Part shown: positions 58,385 through 62,358 of the stretch, piece after piece
Position numbering within the stretch: the stretch's first letter is position 1
How the letters are laid out: each line of letters starts with the position of its first letter
Made by a program: the position numbers and the translations under genes
Notes under the pieces: generated by a model
Seen by the model: only the letters and a program-made list of their open reading frames with translations
What the model was told of the DNA's origin: nothing
Database searches by the model: none
NCBI GenBank assembly: GCA_964448235.1
Contig: CAYUWD010000001.1
Span: 1 to 62,358, forward strand
Origin: an uncultured Bacteroidales bacterium
GTDB lineage: Bacteria; Bacteroidota; Bacteroidia; Bacteroidales; ML635J-15
Reading direction: 5' to 3'
Length of the DNA: 62,358 nucleotides

Positions 58385-59845
58385 TTAACTCTCTTTTTTA
58401 TTTAACGAACTTTCCTTTAATAATTTAAGAATAGGTTTTAATTTAAAGACTCTAAGTAAAAAAGCACAAACCAAACTCAAGACAGCTGCAAAAAATGCTG
58501 TATAATACCAATTAAAACTATCAAATCTCAACTGAGAAACAATTATCATACTAATAATTATAAATATTAGAATCGAAATAATATACTTATAATTATTTTT
58601 AAAATTAAACAATCTTTTAGAAATAATCAATTGACTTAATCCTGTTAATATCTGAGTAATCATACTTGAAATTGCAGCACCCATAACCTGATATTTTGGA
58701 ATCAAAATAAAATTCAACACAACATTTAGTATCATTCCACAGAAGGCCATTATATTTAAGTATTTCAAGCTTCCATTAGCAGTTAGAAGAGTCCCATATA
58801 TATATGTTGTACAAATTCCTGCAAAACCAATCATCAAAATGCTCAAGACTTTTGAACTAATAGCTACATGCTCCCAATACATCAACCCCATAATATCTTT
58901 ACTATAAAAGACACAAATCCCAATAACTATAATTGCAGGAACAATAATTAAAGAATATGATAATTTAGACAAATCTTCTATAGATTCTTTCTTTTTTATC
59001 ATTCGAGCAAACATAGGCAATAACAATACTCCAAACAAATACCCAAACATCGAAGCGGCCTCTAGTATACGATATGCCTGTGCATATATTCCTGCTTGCT
59101 CTTTACCATCTATAAGCAATCTTTCAAGCATAACAGAATCAATCCTATTATAAAATGCCATCAATAATATTAGAAGTGCATATGGATAACTCTGCTTTAA
59201 GAAAACTCTAAAAAACTTAAAATCAAAATTCAATTTAAAAAATGAAGCTTTACTAATCACAATAAAAAATGCGGTTAAAGCAGTTAATAAATAAGCACCC
59301 GTCTGAGCAAGAACAAACCACTCTATTTTCATAGTCTTATCTGTAACATTTCCCCATATTAGAACTGCACATATAACAATCATTAGTAAGCGATCTAAAA
59401 CAGAAACCATACTGTCTGTCTTAAATAATTGCAGACCACTTATATTAGATCTCAGGTACAAGACCATAGAAAGAAGAAACTGATTAAATATCAATATTCC
59501 AAGCACAGTTAACTGTCTTTGATCATAACCAATTATAAAAGCTATCGATAAAGATAAAACAGCATATACAATAGCTAATAAAAATTTAAGTGCAACGATA
59601 TTTGAAACATGTTTACTTAAAATATTGTGATTTTGTGCAATATTTCTGTTATTAAAATTTGTTATTCCAAAATCAAGAATAATATTTAATATCAATGAAA
59701 AGTTCAATAACGAAAAATAAAAACCAAATTCTGATGCCCCAACAATATTTTGGACAGACCGTTCTACACCAAATATCCAAAAAGGCTTAACAAGCAAATT
59801 TAGAAAAAGCAGAAAGATTAGATTTATGACAAATTTACGTTTCAA
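58385..59845 (-). CDS. Wzx-like oligosaccharide flippase
   Basis: TTG start; 12-14 TM pattern; LDFGI, FYNRIDSVML, AGIYAQAYR, LIPKYQVMGAA. Confidence 0.9.
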   Translation of the reverse strand: MKRKFVINLIFLLFLNLLVKPFWIFGVERSVQNIVGASEFGFYFSLLNFSLILNIILDFGITNFNNRNIAQNHNILSKHVSNIVALKFLLAIVYAVLSLSIAFIIGYDQRQLTVLGILIFNQFLLSMVLYLRSNISGLQLFKTDSMVSVLDRLLMIVICAVLIWGNVTDKTMKIEWFVLAQTGAYLLTALTAFFIVISKASFFKLNFDFKFFRVFLKQSYPYALLILLMAFYNRIDSVMLERLLIDGKEQAGIYAQAYRILEAASMFGYLFGVLLLPMFARMIKKKESIEDLSKLSYSLIIVPAIIVIGICVFYSKDIMGLMYWEHVAISSKVLSILMIGFAGICTTYIYGTLLTANGSLKYLNIMAFCGMILNVVLNFILIPKYQVMGAAISSMITQILTGLSQLIISKRLFNFKNNYKYIISILIFIIISMIIVSQLRFDSFNWYYTAFFAAVLSLVCAFLLRVFKLKPILKLLKESSLNKKES

Positions 59846-60033
59846 TAAGATATTTTTATTTACAAAGATAATTTTTTTGTGTTGTCAAAAAATAGTATAT
59901 TTTTTTAATCATTAATGATAAACTAAAATTTTAACAAAATATTATAATTTGATGTATCTAATAAAAGCATAAAATATATTTAGATTTATTTTAAAAAAAT
60001 AATTTTAATTTTTTAATTAATAATACAGTATGG

Positions 60034-60063
60034 TTTGTACTTACATATTTTTTATTATTTTTG
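60034..60063 (+). promoter_or_regulatory. Promoter for the EF-G paralogue (-33 TTTG, 18-bp spacer, -7 TATTTTTG)
   Basis: Near-consensus boxes. Confidence 0.5.
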
Positions 60064-60127
60064 TCAGCCAATTAAAATTAGTAATAAATTGACAATAAAT
60101 AACTTAAATTAATTCTAGGATTGTTAT

Positions 60128-62278
60128 ATGAAAACTTATCAAACCGACCAGATTAGGAACATTGCCCTTGTAGGTAATTCAGGTTCCGGAAAGACAACTC
60201 TTGCAGAGAGTATGTTGCAAATAGGCGGAGTAATTAAAAGAAAAGGAGACATTGGAAGTAAAAACACTATGTCAGATTACCGCCCAATAGAACAAGAGAA
60301 TGAAAATTCATTATTTTCTACTGTATTATATAGTGAAATCGGAAATACAAAAATCAATATTCTTGACAATCCAGGCATGGATGATTTTGTTGGACACTTA
60401 GTTTCTTCTTTATTCCCAAGCGATATTGCTCTAATGACAATTAACGCTCAAAATGGCGTTGAAGTTGGAACAGAAATACATAACAGATATGTAGAAAAAG
60501 CGGGCAAACCAATGATTATTGCCATTAATCATCTCGATCATGAAAAAACAAATTTTGAAAAATCTGTTGACATGATTAAAGAATCCTTAGGAGGCAATGC
60601 TGTTGTTGCACAATTTCCAATAGATGCAGGCACAGAATTTAGTTCTATTATTGATGTTATTACAAATAAAATGTATTCAATAAAAGGGAATGATATTACT
60701 ATTAGTGAGATACCCACAGAATATATTGATAAAGCAGAAGAATATAAAACAGAATTAATAGAAAAAGCTGCAGAAGCAGACGAAACTTTGATGGAAGCCT
60801 TCTTCGAAAATGACACATTAACAGAAGAAGAAATGATGAAAGGAATTGCAGCAGGTCTTCCACAAAGAGGGATATTCCCAATTTTTTGTATAAATGCAAA
60901 AAATGATTTAGGTGTAAAAAGGTTAATGGAGTTTATTGCAGATGTTACTCCTTCTCCTGATAAATTTGATGCTATTAAAGATACTGAAGGTAACGAAATC
61001 GTTTGTGACTCAAAAGGCAAACCAGTTTTATTCATTTTTAAAGCTTCTACAGAAGAACATATAGGTGAAATTTGTTATTTCAAAGTTCTTAGAGGAACTT
61101 TAACAGAAAGCATAGACCTATATAATTCAAGAACAAACTCCAAAGAAAGATTATCTTCATTATTTGTATGTGCAGGAAAGAATAGAGAAAAAGTTGATAA
61201 ATTATTTGCTGGTGACATTGGAGCAACAGTTAAACTTAAAGCAACAAAAACTTGTCATACCTTAACAGCTCCTGGTGATGATACTCAAATAAATGAAATT
61301 TCATGGCCAAATCCAAAATACAGAGTTGCTGTAAAAGCTTTAAGTGAAGGGGATGAAGAAAAGCTTGGCGAAGCATTAAACAGACTTCGTGACGAAGACC
61401 CAACAATTCTTGTTAAATATTCTAAAGAATTAAAGCAACTTATTGTTCAGGGACAAGGAGAATATCATCTAAATATTATGAAATGGCATTTAGATAATCA
61501 ATTTAAAATTGAAACTGAATTTCTAAAGCCTAAAATTCAATATCGAGAAACAATTACTAAAAAGGCTGCCGCAGATTATCGCCACAAAAAACAATCAGGT
61601 GGAGCAGGTCAATTTGGGGAAGTTCACTTAATAATTGAACCTTATGTTGAAGATATGCCAGATCCAACAATGTACAAAATTAATGGTAAAGAATATAAAA
61701 TTTCTGTTCGTGGCAAAGAAGAAATTGATCTAGATTGGGGAGGTAAACTAATATATTATAACTGTATTGTTGGTGGTTCTATTGATGCTAGATTTTTACC
61801 TGCTATTCTTAAAGGTATAATGGAAAAAATCGAAGAAGGTCCTCTTACCGGATCATATGCCAGAGATATAAGAGTTTGCGTTGTTGATGGTAAAATGCAC
61901 CCTGTTGACTCAAATGAAATTTCATTTAAATTAGCCGGTCGTAATGCATTTAGTACAGCATTTAAAAACGCTGGACCGAAAATCATGGAACCTATTTACA
62001 ATCTGGAAGTTCTTGTCCCTGGCGACAGAATGGGTGATGTAATGAGTGACTTGCAAGGCCGTCGTGCTATCGTTCAAGGAATGAGTAGCGAAAAAGGTTT
62101 TGAAAAAATTTCTGCCAGAGTCCCTCTTGCAGAAATGAGCACATATTCAACAGCACTACGTTCAAATACCGGCGGACGTGCTATGTATGAAATGTCCTTC
62201 TATGAGTACCAACAAGTACCACCAGATGTACAAGAGCAACTACTTAAAGAATATGAAGCAAGTCAAGAAGAAGAATAA
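60128..62278 (+). CDS. fusA2: Elongation factor G paralogue (EF-G2 type)
   Basis: EF-G architecture (KKQSGGAGQFGEV, VDSNEISF, VMSDLQGRR) with divergent G motifs GNSGSGKT, DNPGM and NHLD, plus a domain IV insert. Confidence 0.9.
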   Translation: MKTYQTDQIRNIALVGNSGSGKTTLAESMLQIGGVIKRKGDIGSKNTMSDYRPIEQENENSLFSTVLYSEIGNTKINILDNPGMDDFVGHLVSSLFPSDIALMTINAQNGVEVGTEIHNRYVEKAGKPMIIAINHLDHEKTNFEKSVDMIKESLGGNAVVAQFPIDAGTEFSSIIDVITNKMYSIKGNDITISEIPTEYIDKAEEYKTELIEKAAEADETLMEAFFENDTLTEEEMMKGIAAGLPQRGIFPIFCINAKNDLGVKRLMEFIADVTPSPDKFDAIKDTEGNEIVCDSKGKPVLFIFKASTEEHIGEICYFKVLRGTLTESIDLYNSRTNSKERLSSLFVCAGKNREKVDKLFAGDIGATVKLKATKTCHTLTAPGDDTQINEISWPNPKYRVAVKALSEGDEEKLGEALNRLRDEDPTILVKYSKELKQLIVQGQGEYHLNIMKWHLDNQFKIETEFLKPKIQYRETITKKAAADYRHKKQSGGAGQFGEVHLIIEPYVEDMPDPTMYKINGKEYKISVRGKEEIDLDWGGKLIYYNCIVGGSIDARFLPAILKGIMEKIEEGPLTGSYARDIRVCVVDGKMHPVDSNEISFKLAGRNAFSTAFKNAGPKIMEPIYNLEVLVPGDRMGDVMSDLQGRRAIVQGMSSEKGFEKISARVPLAEMSTYSTALRSNTGGRAMYEMSFYEYQQVPPDVQEQLLKEYEASQEEE

Positions 62279-62293
62279 TTCAAATGATAATAT

Positions 62294-62331
62294 AAAAAAA
62301 CCTAGCCAGATATTTTCGCTAGGTTTTTTTT
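62294..62331 (+). terminator. Intrinsic (bidirectional-type) terminator
   Basis: A7-CCTAGC-loop-GCTAGG-T8. Confidence 0.85.
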
Positions 62332-62358
62332 CATATATACTCTTTAACCATAACAGTT

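Noticed and set aside
59846-60127. Cur box upstream of the EF-G2 gene (expected by analogy with B. thetaiotaomicron)
   Set aside because: The best candidates (TATG-N11-CATA; GATGTA-N4-ATAAAA) do not fit the 6-4-6 palindrome.
195-61986. Short overlapping ORFs in the track (e.g. 195-392, 6421-6633, 9207-9509, 39402-39716, 60538-61035, 61756-61986)
   Set aside because: Antisense or alternative-frame shadows of well-supported genes, with no recognisable motifs.

Overview
AT-rich Bacteroidota (Bacteroidales-like) chromosomal window with about 44 CDS. No rRNA, tRNA, CRISPR or intact transposase was found. Taxon evidence: T9SS C-terminal sorting domains, TAnnTTTG -7 promoter boxes, a lipoprotein export signal and an EF-G2 paralogue. 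The most notable part is 16-16117, an 11-gene minus-strand operon (gaps 2-55 bp) of modular secreted/lipoprotein surface proteins. They share a ~97-aa FN3-like stalk (13 copies) and end in differing tips (Fib_succ_major x4, DUF1566-like, LamG-like). The operon also carries two near passenger-less T9SS-CTD proteins, each directly before a CTD-less large protein; one of those has phage tail-fibre motifs. Upstream lie 20-21-bp-phased direct repeats and a LytS/LytTR two-component pair. Other loci: a TonB receptor coupled to a secreted nucleoside hydrolase-FmdE fusion behind a 28-bp palindrome; a T9SS protease/propeller cluster with TPR-AraC regulators; a cDPG-synthetase-like GTPase with a Cur-like box; a Wzx/CBM/GH16/MBOAT locus; lepA; and EF-G2. 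Non-coding finds: a decayed IS256 relic, a hairpin (REP-like) repeat family with one MITE-like copy, and a heptamer array over the cobB stop. The ORF track gives lepA (47529-49319) as minus strand, but the sequence shows it on the plus strand. All domain names come from motif recognition by eye, not database searches.
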